Shown here: positions 19,902-28,485 of the stretch, in pieces
How positions within the stretch are numbered: the first letter of the stretch is position 1
Layout of the letters: every line of letters begins with the position of its first letter
NCBI GenBank assembly: GCA_028715785.1
Contig: JAQURC010000004.1
Coordinates: forward strand, 92,662 to 156,661
From: Candidatus Omnitrophota bacterium
Lineage (GTDB): Bacteria > Omnitrophota > Gorgyraeia > Gygaellales > Profunditerraquicolaceae
DNA: 64,000 nucleotides
Direction of reading: 5' to 3'
Made by a program: the position numbers and the translations under genes
The notes under the pieces: generated by a model
What the model saw: only the letters and a program-made list of their open reading frames with translations
Databases searched by the model: none
What the model was told of the DNA's origin: nothing

Positions 19902-21029
19902 ATGTTTTTAATTTTTCTGGCAGCAATTTTTATCCGCCCTTTTATTTCTATCCAGGCTTTTCCTTATTTAAACCTTATTTATTCTACGGGCTTTTTAATC
20001 TTTCTGGGAATATATGTAATCTGCAAAAAAACGTTGCCCTTAAAACTTCGGGCTTTAAACGGCCCGGCTATTTTATTCATTTTAGCATTATTCATCTCCC
20101 TGATTTTTTCTCAGAATAAGATAAACAGCTTAGCGGAACTCTATAAGTATATAACCGGCCCGCTTTTATTTCTTGCCGCTGCTTCTCTGCCGGAGAATAA
20201 GCAGTCATTAGCGATAGAGACAATTGTGCTTGCCGGATTAGCTGTCAGCTTTTTGGCGATATATCAATATTTCTTAGGTTTTAGCCGTGTGTCGGATTAT
20301 TTAGCAAATAACAACAGGCTTTTATTTCCTTTTGCTTCGGATTACCTGTCCCGCAGAAGGGTTTTTTTGCCTTTCGTGACCCCCGGGGTTTTAGGAGGTT
20401 ATTTAGCCATGGTGATCCCGCTATTTTTGATTAACAAGAATCGGATTTGGCTGGTTGTGCCGGTATTTTTGGCCTTATTCCTTACGGGTTCTCTGGGGGC
20501 ATTTTTAAGCTTGTTTTGCGCTCTGATTATTTATTTCTGCTTAGGGGGAAAATTAACGAAGAGAAAAACCGCCGTTCTTTTTGGGTTATTTATATCGATA
20601 ATGATTATTTTTGTTTACCGTTCGGCAGCCCGGATTGAACATATCCAGCCTTTTTTCTCTACGGTTATGAGGTTAAATTATTGGAAGGATGCTTTAGGGA
20701 TAATCCAGGCGCATCCTTTGGCCGGCGTAGGCTTAGGCAATTTTAACCTGAAGGCCAGCCGTTATGCGCACAATTCTTATTTACAAATCTGGGCGGAGAT
20801 GGGGGTATTAGGTTTATTTGCTTTTAGCTGGATCGTATATACGGTTCTTAAGCCCCATATTAGAAACCTGAAACGATTGCCTTATAAGAGACAAGCTGCC
20901 TGTCTGTTTGTAGCAAGCCTGGTTTTTTTAATGCATAATTTCTTAGACTTTACGTTTTTTCTGCCGGAAGTGGTTTTTGTGTGGTGGTTAATTTTAGGGC
21001 TGATCGTATCCCAAGATAAAAGCAAATGA
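19902..21029 (+). CDS. O-antigen ligase (WaaL/Wzy_C) family membrane protein
   Basis: 375 aa polytopic membrane protein. AHNSYLQIWAEMGVLGL matches the Wzy_C signature. Confidence 0.7.
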   Translation: MFLIFLAAIFIRPFISIQAFPYLNLIYSTGFLIFLGIYVICKKTLPLKLRALNGPAILFILALFISLIFSQNKINSLAELYKYITGPLLFLAAASLPENKQSLAIETIVLAGLAVSFLAIYQYFLGFSRVSDYLANNNRLLFPFASDYLSRRRVFLPFVTPGVLGGYLAMVIPLFLINKNRIWLVVPVFLALFLTGSLGAFLSLFCALIIYFCLGGKLTKRKTAVLFGLFISIMIIFVYRSAARIEHIQPFFSTVMRLNYWKDALGIIQAHPLAGVGLGNFNLKASRYAHNSYLQIWAEMGVLGLFAFSWIVYTVLKPHIRNLKRLPYKRQAACLFVASLVFLMHNFLDFTFFLPEVVFVWWLILGLIVSQDKSK

Positions 21030-22318
21030 CTAAAAAAAAGATTATTATTTTAGGGGCCGGTCTTGCCGGCTTAAGTGCCGCCTGGCATCTTAAGGAAAGG
21101 GGGATAAGGGCCGCTATATATGAAAAAGAAGATACTGTCGGGGGCTTGTGCCGGTCCAAACAGGTCAATGGTTTTGTTTTTGATTGTGACGGCCACCTCT
21201 TCCATTTCCGAAACAGCTACACGCTGGAGCTGGTGAAAAAATTACTAAAAGGCAATTTAGCCCGCCATGAGCGCAGCGCCTGGATCAATAATTTTGGTAT
21301 TTTTAGCCGGTATCCTTTTCAGGCCAACCTCTGCGCCCTCCCCAAGCCGATAGCCAGCGAATGTTTGTGGGGGTTTATCCGTGCCACCGATTCCAGGGCA
21401 AAGAGCAGCCAGGAGAATTTTTTAAAATGGATTTACGACACTTTTGGTGAAGGTATCGCCAGGCATTTTATGGTACCCTACAATAAGAAATTTTGGACGG
21501 TCCCTTTAGAACGGATGAGTTGCCCCTGGACGGATAAATTTATCCCGCAGTTTGGCTTATCGGAAGTAGTCAACGGATTTTTTGAAAAGAGCAATATTCA
21601 GCTAGGTTATAATGCTTTTTTTTGGTATCCTAAAAAAGGAGGGATAATCCAGCTGCCGATGGCATTTGAAAAACAAATAGGCGAAGTTTTCAAGAATTGC
21701 TGTGTCAGCCAGATCGATCTTAGGAAAAAAGAGATGACCATAAAAGGAAGGGGCAGGGAAAGGTTCGATACCCTGATCTTAACGATACCACTGCCGGAGT
21801 TGATCAAAATAATCAAGCCGTTACCCGGCAGGATCCTTGATAGTTTCAACAGGCTGCGTTGGAATTCGATTTTTAATTTGAACCTTGGCGTAGAAGGGCC
21901 TTGCCAGGAGGGTAAGCATTGGGTGTATTTCCCGCACAAAGAGACAGTTTTTTTTAGGGCGGGATTTTTCCATAATTTTTCCAGCCTTACTGTCCCCGAT
22001 GGCAAGAGCGCGTTATACACAGAAGTTTCATATCCAAAGAACAAACCGATCAACAGGGAAAGGATGGTCAAACGGATTTTAAGCGACCTTTATAAGGCAA
22101 GGATCTTAAATAAAGATAACAAGGTAGTGGCGTTAGATACCAATGACCTAAGATACGGTTATCCGATCTATGACCGGTATTATCCCCGGGCAACCGCGGA
22201 AATAAAGAAATTTTTATCGTCTAATAACATAATTGCCTGCGGGCGTTATGGAGGCTGGCAGTATATGTCGATGGAAGACGCGCTCTTAGACGGCAAAGCA
22301 GCAGCCTCTGCCATTTAA
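21026..22318 (+). CDS. FAD/NAD(P)-binding oxidoreductase (amine-oxidase/UDP-galactopyranose-mutase-like fold)
   Basis: 430 aa. Rossmann motif IIILGAGLAGLSAA…YEKEDTVGG at the N-terminus. Located in the glycan cluster. Confidence 0.6.
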   Translation: MTKKKIIILGAGLAGLSAAWHLKERGIRAAIYEKEDTVGGLCRSKQVNGFVFDCDGHLFHFRNSYTLELVKKLLKGNLARHERSAWINNFGIFSRYPFQANLCALPKPIASECLWGFIRATDSRAKSSQENFLKWIYDTFGEGIARHFMVPYNKKFWTVPLERMSCPWTDKFIPQFGLSEVVNGFFEKSNIQLGYNAFFWYPKKGGIIQLPMAFEKQIGEVFKNCCVSQIDLRKKEMTIKGRGRERFDTLILTIPLPELIKIIKPLPGRILDSFNRLRWNSIFNLNLGVEGPCQEGKHWVYFPHKETVFFRAGFFHNFSSLTVPDGKSALYTEVSYPKNKPINRERMVKRILSDLYKARILNKDNKVVALDTNDLRYGYPIYDRYYPRATAEIKKFLSSNNIIACGRYGGWQYMSMEDALLDGKAAASAI

Positions 22319-22341
22319 ACCGGTAAACAATCCCAAAATAA

Positions 22342-23193
22342 ATGCTTTCGGTAATAGTTACAACTTTTGACAGCGCCAAATTTATCAAACCCTGCCTGGA
22401 TTCTATATTTAATCAGGGGTACGGGGACTTGCAAGTGATCGTTGTTGATAACGGCTCAAAAGACGGGACCTGCGATTTTATAAAAGTAAATTATTCCAAA
22501 GCCAGGTTAATTACAAACAAGAATAATTTAGGCGCCTGCCATGCGAAGAATCAAGGTATTGAAATTGCTTCGGGTGAATGGATTTTGACCCTGGATTGCG
22601 ACGTCGTATTGGAGGATGGGTTTATCGGGGAAATTATGGAATTTGCAAATAATTCAAAGGACTCGATAGGCATGATCCAGCCAAAGATTTTAACTCAAGG
22701 CAAAAAAGAGATCTATTCCTGCGGCATAGGCCTTTCCTGGTTAAGCAGGTTCCATGATATCGGTCGAGGTTTTACGGATACGCAAAGATTCGATGTTTCG
22801 CTTCCGGTCTTCGGCGCTTGCTGCGCCGCGGCTTTATATAGGCGTAAAATGCTGGAAGAGGTCAAAGACAGCCACGGTTATTTTGACCGAAGGTTCTTTT
22901 TCCTTTTTGAGGACGCGGATTTATCCTGGCGCGCGCAAAAGAGAGGGTGGCTTTGCATGTATTATCCCAAGCCAAGGTGTTTTCATCGCGGAAACAGCTC
23001 GTCCACGGATAAAAAAAACCGGCAGATTTTAAGTTTTGGCAACCGGCAGCTGGCAATATTTAAAAACCAGAATCCGATATTAATCCTATTAATGTTTCCG
23101 TTATACCTGGTTTATGACCTGCCCAGATTTTTAATGCTGGCTGTGAAATTTAAGTGTAAATTTCCGAAATTCAGCGGTTATAATCCACGATGA
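22342..23193 (+). CDS. Family 2 glycosyltransferase
   Basis: 283 aa. LSVIVTTFDSAKFIKPCLDSI…VVDNGSKDGT…LDCD are GT2 DxD-type motifs. Confidence 0.75.
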   Translation: MLSVIVTTFDSAKFIKPCLDSIFNQGYGDLQVIVVDNGSKDGTCDFIKVNYSKARLITNKNNLGACHAKNQGIEIASGEWILTLDCDVVLEDGFIGEIMEFANNSKDSIGMIQPKILTQGKKEIYSCGIGLSWLSRFHDIGRGFTDTQRFDVSLPVFGACCAAALYRRKMLEEVKDSHGYFDRRFFFLFEDADLSWRAQKRGWLCMYYPKPRCFHRGNSSSTDKKNRQILSFGNRQLAIFKNQNPILILLMFPLYLVYDLPRFLMLAVKFKCKFPKFSGYNPR

Positions 23194-24095
23194 TGGTCAG
23201 CGTAGTTATCGTAACTATCGGGGCAAAAGATTATCTTAAATCATGCCTGGATTCTCTTAAGCGGCAGACTCATCCTCCTTTTGAAATAATTGTCATCGAT
23301 AATTCTCTTAAGTCAGGTTTGGCCCAGGATCTCAATAAGCTGTATCCAGCGGTTAAGATTTATCCCGGTTCCGGCGATTCATTTTACGCCCAGGCTTTGA
23401 ACAAAGGCATAAACTTAGCCGGAGGGAAATTTATCCTTTGCCTTAACGACGATGTCGTTTTAGATAAAGATTTTATTCAGCAGGCGCTAAAGGGCTTTTT
23501 GGTTGAAAATAATGTAGGTTCGGTGGGCGGTAAGATTTTGCGCAGCGACGGAAAAACCCTGGACAGCACCGGTTTGTTTTTAACCCCCTGGCGTGCGGCT
23601 AAAGAACGGGGTTATGGCCGGCCGGATTCAGGGCAGTTTGAGAAAGCAGGTTTCATCTTTGGCGTAAACGGGGCCGCAGCTTTTTATCGTAAGCAGATGC
23701 TGGAGGATGTCAAAGATATAAACGGTTACTTTGATTTAAGGTTTGGCATGTTCTACGAGGACCTGGATATTTCCTGGCGGGCAAAGCGCCGCGGCTGGCC
23801 GGCTTATTACATTCCCACGGCCTTAGCCTATCATGTGCGCGGAGGGTCATTTCGTCCGGATTCCGGCATCGGCAAAGCCGTTGCACGCAGGTATCTAAAT
23901 GACCGGCTGCACTGCGATTTAATTAAAAACCGGTATCTTACTATATCGAAAAATGAAACCTTTTGGGGTTTTCTTTTGCACCTTGTCCCGGTATTAATTT
24001 ATGATTTGTGCGCCTGGAGCTATATTTTGATTTTTTGCCCAAGAGTTATAAAGCTATTTTTTAGAAGATCAAGGGGATTAGATAACAAACCATAA
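23190..24095 (+). CDS. Family 2 glycosyltransferase
   Basis: 301 aa. VSVVIVTIGAKDYLKSCLDSL…VIDNS…LNDD. Paralogous to the preceding gene. Confidence 0.75.
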   Translation: MMVSVVIVTIGAKDYLKSCLDSLKRQTHPPFEIIVIDNSLKSGLAQDLNKLYPAVKIYPGSGDSFYAQALNKGINLAGGKFILCLNDDVVLDKDFIQQALKGFLVENNVGSVGGKILRSDGKTLDSTGLFLTPWRAAKERGYGRPDSGQFEKAGFIFGVNGAAAFYRKQMLEDVKDINGYFDLRFGMFYEDLDISWRAKRRGWPAYYIPTALAYHVRGGSFRPDSGIGKAVARRYLNDRLHCDLIKNRYLTISKNETFWGFLLHLVPVLIYDLCAWSYILIFCPRVIKLFFRRSRGLDNKP

Positions 24096-24148
24096 GAAAA
24101 GTTTTTGACAATTTAAAGTTATACTCTAGAATAGCAGGTAGAATTTAT

Positions 24149-24229
24149 GCGCGGGTGGTGGAATGGCAGACACGCAAGCATGAGGGGCTTGTGCCGAAAG
24201 GCTTGGGGGTTCAACTCCCCCCTCGCGCA
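24149..24229 (+). tRNA. tRNA-Leu (anticodon GAG), long variable arm
   Basis: Acceptor GCGCGGG/CTCGCGC, anticodon stem CAAGC/GCTTG, loop ATGAGGG, T-arm GGGGG-TTCAACT-CCCCC, discriminator A. Confidence 0.8.
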
Positions 24230-24239
24230 TTAGAATCTA

Positions 24240-24291
24240 GGGGACGGTTCTATTTTTCTCATATTAAATTCAGAAAAATAGAACCGTCCCC
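24240..24291. terminator. Perfect 20-bp-arm hairpin (bidirectional terminator-like) between tRNA-Leu and the convergent response-regulator gene; member of a repeated hairpin family (second copy at 52821-52873)
   Basis: GGGGACGGTTCTATTTTTCT-catattaaattc-AGAAAAATAGAACCGTCCCC. Confidence 0.7.
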
Positions 24292-24296
24292 ATGTT

Positions 24297-25232
24297 TTAT
24301 GCTTTTTCCTGCCGCTTGTCTTTGACGTAGTTGCTTTTTTCCATGCTCTTGGCAAGCTTCTTTAACTCCGCGCCAATCTCACCGATCTGGGCCACATGCG
24401 AGATCTCGCGCATTTCATTGGTTACCACGCCGATAGATATCGACAGGAGCGGGATTTTGTGGATCTTGCTTTGGCGGTCATAGCCGATGATAAAGCCGTT
24501 CTCCCGGTCTTCCTGATTGTAAAATGACGGAGAGATTTGGTCAAAGTCATGGATTATCTTTTCGCAGATTTTATTTGCGTAATCCGGAGTGGTTATAACC
24601 ACAAAGTCATCGCCTCCGATGTGCCCGACAAAATCATCGGGCCTGCCCCATTCTTTGATCGCCCCCAGCAGTATGCGGGCAGTTTCCCGGATTACATTAT
24701 CTCCGTGTTCAAATCCGTATTTGTCATTGTAGGCTTTGAATTTATCCAAATCCGCGTAGCAGACCGCAAACTGTTTTTTACTTTCGATGCATTTGGAAAG
24801 CTCATTAAGGATGGCCACGTTTCCGGGCAGCCGGGTAAGCGGGTTTGCTTCCAGGTCTCTTTGCGTGCGCCGTAAGACCATGCGTATCCTTGCCAGGAGT
24901 TCTTTGGGCTCAAAAGGCTTGACCACATAATCGTCGGCTCCGGCGTCAATGCCGCCGATCTTGTCGCTGACCTCCCCTTTGCCGGTGACCATAATTACCG
25001 GCAGATGCTGCAATAGCAAATCTTTTTTAACTAAGTTGCACACCTGGCGCCCGTCCATTTTAGGCATTTTGTAATCCAGGAGCGCTAAGTCCAGAGGCTT
25101 GGAGCGGATTATCTCTAAGGCCTCTTGGCCGTTTACGGCCTCAATAATTTCGTAATTTTCTTCGGAAAGAGTAAGCTTAAGAATATCTCTTATATCCGGG
25201 TCATCATCAGCAACAAGTATTTTTATGCTCAT
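24297..25232 (-). CDS. Response regulator, REC + GGDEF-type diguanylate cyclase domain (GGDDF variant)
   Basis: MSIKILVADDDPDIRD…D…K REC domain. GGDEF-domain body with signature HIGGDDFVV. Start at MSIKIL is chosen over the longer ORF-track start. Confidence 0.8.
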   Translation of the reverse strand: MSIKILVADDDPDIRDILKLTLSEENYEIIEAVNGQEALEIIRSKPLDLALLDYKMPKMDGRQVCNLVKKDLLLQHLPVIMVTGKGEVSDKIGGIDAGADDYVVKPFEPKELLARIRMVLRRTQRDLEANPLTRLPGNVAILNELSKCIESKKQFAVCYADLDKFKAYNDKYGFEHGDNVIRETARILLGAIKEWGRPDDFVGHIGGDDFVVITTPDYANKICEKIIHDFDQISPSFYNQEDRENGFIIGYDRQSKIHKIPLLSISIGVVTNEMREISHVAQIGEIGAELKKLAKSMEKSNYVKDKRQEKA

Positions 25233-25236
25233 AGTT

Positions 25237-26715
25237 TTATTCGCCGGCCTTAAGGGTAAAACTGAAGGTTGAACCTTCACCGAGCTTGCTCTTTACCCAA
25301 ATTTTGCCCTGGTGGGCTTCAACAATGTGTTTGACCAGAGTAAGCCCCAGGCCGGTGCCTTTTACCTGCTGGTTAATCGTGTTGTCGACGCGATAAAATT
25401 CTTCAAAAATATGTTCTTGAGCTTCTTGCGGAATACCAAAACCACTGTCAACAACATCGATCTGAATTATTTTATTGGCGCAGTTTGCGTTGATATTAAT
25501 TTTTCCGTTTTGCGGAGTAAACTTCAGCGCGTTGCCGACCAGGTTGATAAATACCCTTTCGATCTGCCCGCGATCGGCCATTATCTTTTGGCAACTATCA
25601 ACTATATTGCTGCCAAAACTTATATTTTTTGTCTTTAATTGTTCAGAAAGCAAATCGGCAACCTTCTCGATAACCGTTTTTAAATCCAGGCTTTCAATCT
25701 TCATGTCCACCTTGCCCGATTCAATGCGGGAGATATCCAGGAGGTCGTTTACCATATGCACCAATTCATCACTGTGGCGGTTTATTTTCTCAAGCCTGTT
25801 TTTTATTTCATCCGGCATTGTTCCCAGCTTACCGGTCAGTAAAATAGCCGCGTAACCCTTGATTGATGTCAGGGGGGTCCTCAATTCGTGCGATACGCTG
25901 GAGATAAAATCGCTTTTACGTTTGCTTATTGTCTTTACTTCTTCCAGGGCTTGAGTCAACTGGCGGGTCCTTTCCTCAACCTTTATCTCTAGTTCCTGCT
26001 GCGACTTCCATATTTTTTCAAATAGTCGGGCGTTATCTAAAGTCTGGCTGATTTGATTGGCCAATATGCTGATAAATTCCTGATCCCCTTTGGTGATGGA
26101 AGCCTCCGTATTTTGGGTGCCGACAAAGATAAACCCTCGGTCTCCCTCCTGAGTGAGTACCGGACAGATAATAAATGAATGCACCAAAAACATCCGGCGG
26201 ATCTTGTCTTTTGCCAAGAAGCCTTCGGGCATAAACTCAGAGGAGGCGCTTATGCCGTTTTGAATCAAGTCCAGAAAATAATCTTTATTGGCGTTAAGCG
26301 CGGTTTCTATTTTTGCCGCCTCTTCATCATTGTATCCCAAGCGTAAGTATGGGCGGAATTCTCTTTCCAGGCTCTTCCATAAAAAAGCCAGCGACCTCTC
26401 AAACCCCAGCTCTTCCAGGTATTTATTGTCTATTTTTTTGAAGATCTGTTTTTCTTCCAAGGTCGTATTTATTTCCTGGGAAAGTTTTTGCAGCGTATCT
26501 AACCCTGAGATTTTTTTATCCAATTCTTCCTGGGCCTTGTTTAACTCCATATCCGTGCGCATGATCAATTTAGCCTGTTCATCCATCTCTTCAAGAGAGA
26601 GGTTCAGAGTCTTTATTTTATCGCCTGCTTCTTTTAAGCGTTGTATTTTAGAAAGCAATGATATTCCCAGGGAAGCGACAATTAGACAGATACTGATGAA
26701 TATGAAGGAAAGCAT
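25237..26715 (-). CDS. Sensor histidine kinase (TM, coiled coil, GAF-like, HisKA, HATPase_c)
   Basis: 492 aa. H-box (SHELRTPLTSIKGY), N-box and G-boxes (GTGLGLTLVKHIV). Confidence 0.85.
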   Translation of the reverse strand: MLSFIFISICLIVASLGISLLSKIQRLKEAGDKIKTLNLSLEEMDEQAKLIMRTDMELNKAQEELDKKISGLDTLQKLSQEINTTLEEKQIFKKIDNKYLEELGFERSLAFLWKSLEREFRPYLRLGYNDEEAAKIETALNANKDYFLDLIQNGISASSEFMPEGFLAKDKIRRMFLVHSFIICPVLTQEGDRGFIFVGTQNTEASITKGDQEFISILANQISQTLDNARLFEKIWKSQQELEIKVEERTRQLTQALEEVKTISKRKSDFISSVSHELRTPLTSIKGYAAILLTGKLGTMPDEIKNRLEKINRHSDELVHMVNDLLDISRIESGKVDMKIESLDLKTVIEKVADLLSEQLKTKNISFGSNIVDSCQKIMADRGQIERVFINLVGNALKFTPQNGKININANCANKIIQIDVVDSGFGIPQEAQEHIFEEFYRVDNTINQQVKGTGLGLTLVKHIVEAHQGKIWVKSKLGEGSTFSFTLKAGE

Positions 26716-26716
26716 T

Positions 26717-27904
26717 TTATTGATCTCCTATGGCTAAAATATCTATGCTTTGGTTACGGAAATAGGTCTTGCCCAGGGAATTAATCGACTTAAGCGGGGC
26801 CTGTTCCCCGTTGGTGCAGATGCCTATTAAAGGAGTGTCTTTGCCGAATACTTCTTTAATTACGCCAAGTTCTATGTCGCTTTGTCTGCCCAGGAGGGAA
26901 AGTCTGGCGGCGGAATCAAATACCATTACGAATTTTATTTTTAGCCCTCCCAGGCTCCTCTTTGCTTCTTCGCAGGCGGCAAGTGCGGCTTCCAGGCGGG
27001 AGTCTCCGGTACTGATCATCAATCTTATCTTGCTGCCTTGAGGGACGTCTCCCTGGGTAACCAGCGATCCGTCATCTCTTATCGATATTATATTACGCAG
27101 AAGGTACTCCTTTTCTCCCGGCAGATAAATTCCTAGAGGGTAGGAAATAGATATGCGCCGTAATTCTTTGGCTAATTCCAGCGTATCTTTAGCAAAGTAA
27201 TCTTCATAAAGTTTTACTGCCGCTTCCCCGTCGATCTCCTGGATAACATTACTGTTTGATCCGGTAACGCAGCGCATTTTTCCCAAAGCAAACCACCCAT
27301 GTTTTATGCCGAATCCAAAATTAAATTTTCCGCCAAAAAGTATCCCGCTGCAGGATCCGGAAAGCAGATGGTCGTTAACGTATTGAAAAGTTTTTTGATT
27401 GGTAAAATTATCCGCAGCCGAGGCACCGATCAAAGGAAAGCTTCTTCCCAAATTTTCTTGCAAGCCGTTGATTAAACTTGTCCCTTCGGTTGTCAGTTTG
27501 TCCGAAAAAATTATGCTTAAGCTCCGGCGCACATTTTTGAAACCGTACAATAATTTATTGGCCAGCTCTTTCCCCGATGAAAACGCAGTATCCTTATTTA
27601 TATCTTTGATCGAGGCGATATTAAAAAAAGTCTGCTGGTTTAAGCTTACGAGCAAAACAGCGAATCCATATTTAAATATGCCTTTATTGGTCAGGATCCC
27701 CTGGCTGCTGCAGCCCAATATAGGGATTTCTCCCAGCAGGTTATGCGCGGTTCTTAATAGCAAAGGATGCGCAAATTCCGTGGAAGTAAAAATAAATGCC
27801 AGGCTTGCCGGCATGTTTGCCAACCCGATTACCGCCTGCCCGATTGCTTCATTAGCGGCTTGGATATGTTCTTTGAGCTGGCTAAAACCAAAACCTATCT
27901 TCAT
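26717..27904 (-). CDS. FIST-domain sensory protein (FIST_N + FIST_C)
   Basis: 395 aa. LAFIFTSTEF…LGEIPILGCSSQG N-terminal pattern typical of FIST. It is the first gene of the FIST-HK-RR operon. Confidence 0.7.
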   Translation of the reverse strand: MKIGFGFSQLKEHIQAANEAIGQAVIGLANMPASLAFIFTSTEFAHPLLLRTAHNLLGEIPILGCSSQGILTNKGIFKYGFAVLLVSLNQQTFFNIASIKDINKDTAFSSGKELANKLLYGFKNVRRSLSIIFSDKLTTEGTSLINGLQENLGRSFPLIGASAADNFTNQKTFQYVNDHLLSGSCSGILFGGKFNFGFGIKHGWFALGKMRCVTGSNSNVIQEIDGEAAVKLYEDYFAKDTLELAKELRRISISYPLGIYLPGEKEYLLRNIISIRDDGSLVTQGDVPQGSKIRLMISTGDSRLEAALAACEEAKRSLGGLKIKFVMVFDSAARLSLLGRQSDIELGVIKEVFGKDTPLIGICTNGEQAPLKSINSLGKTYFRNQSIDILAIGDQ

Positions 27905-28014
27905 GGAAATTTAGTATATAACGCAAATATATGAGGGTCAATCGAATTTTTGTTTATCTCATTAAATTCTTGACCGCCGGCATTCTTTATACTAGAATAG
28001 CAGAAAAATAATCC

Positions 28015-28089
28015 GGCCCCATCGTCTAGCCTGGTCTAGGACGTCAGGTTCTCAGCCTGTAAACACGAGTTCAAATCTCGTTGGGGCTA
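28015..28089 (+). tRNA. tRNA-Glu (anticodon CTC)
   Basis: GGCCCCATCGTCTAGCCTGGTCTAGGAC…TTCTCAG…ACGAG-TTCAAAT-CTCGT-TGGGGCT-A. G1-U72 wobble. The 27:43 mismatch makes the anticodon call slightly uncertain. Confidence 0.7.
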
Positions 28090-28112
28090 TAATATTATAA
28101 AAGGAGGGAATA

Positions 28113-28355
28113 ATGCGCCAACATTTAGGGTTCCTAAAGGCTTCCAGTGCAGTGGTTAAAGTTGCCGCCTGGATTTTTTTATTTTTCGGCATGGTGGGAG
28201 GAAGTTCCTTGTTATTAGGCCTGGTTCCGAATAATCCGCGCTGGATGGGGATTATTGTTTTGGCATTTTATATGTTTATGTTTTTCTTTTTCTTCTTAAT
28301 TGCCAAGATTGCCGATCTTTTGATTAAGATCGTAAATGAAATAAAGAAAGAATAG
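28113..28355 (+). CDS. Small membrane protein, hypothetical
   Basis: 80 aa with two hydrophobic helices. GGAGGG SD. Confidence 0.4.
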   Translation: MRQHLGFLKASSAVVKVAAWIFLFFGMVGGSSLLLGLVPNNPRWMGIIVLAFYMFMFFFFFLIAKIADLLIKIVNEIKKE

Positions 28356-28375
28356 TTTCGGACTCCAACTTTTGA

Positions 28376-28428
28376 ATAGGGACAGCCATTTTTTATTTAA
28401 AATAAAAAATGGCTGTCCCTATTTATTT
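28376..28428 (+). terminator. Long perfect hairpin terminator
   Basis: TAGGGACAGCCATTTTTTATTT-aaa-ATAAAAAATGGCTGTCCCTATTTATTT. Confidence 0.7.
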
Positions 28429-28485
28429 GACAAATTCATAAATAAGCGTTATAGTTAATTTTATAATGTCCAATCTGGAGGATTC

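Noticed and set aside
28113-28485. Possible CRISPR or other array near tRNA-Glu
   Set aside because: No direct repeat-spacer periodicity was found, only a single long hairpin terminator (28376-28428). No CRISPR array was seen anywhere in the window.
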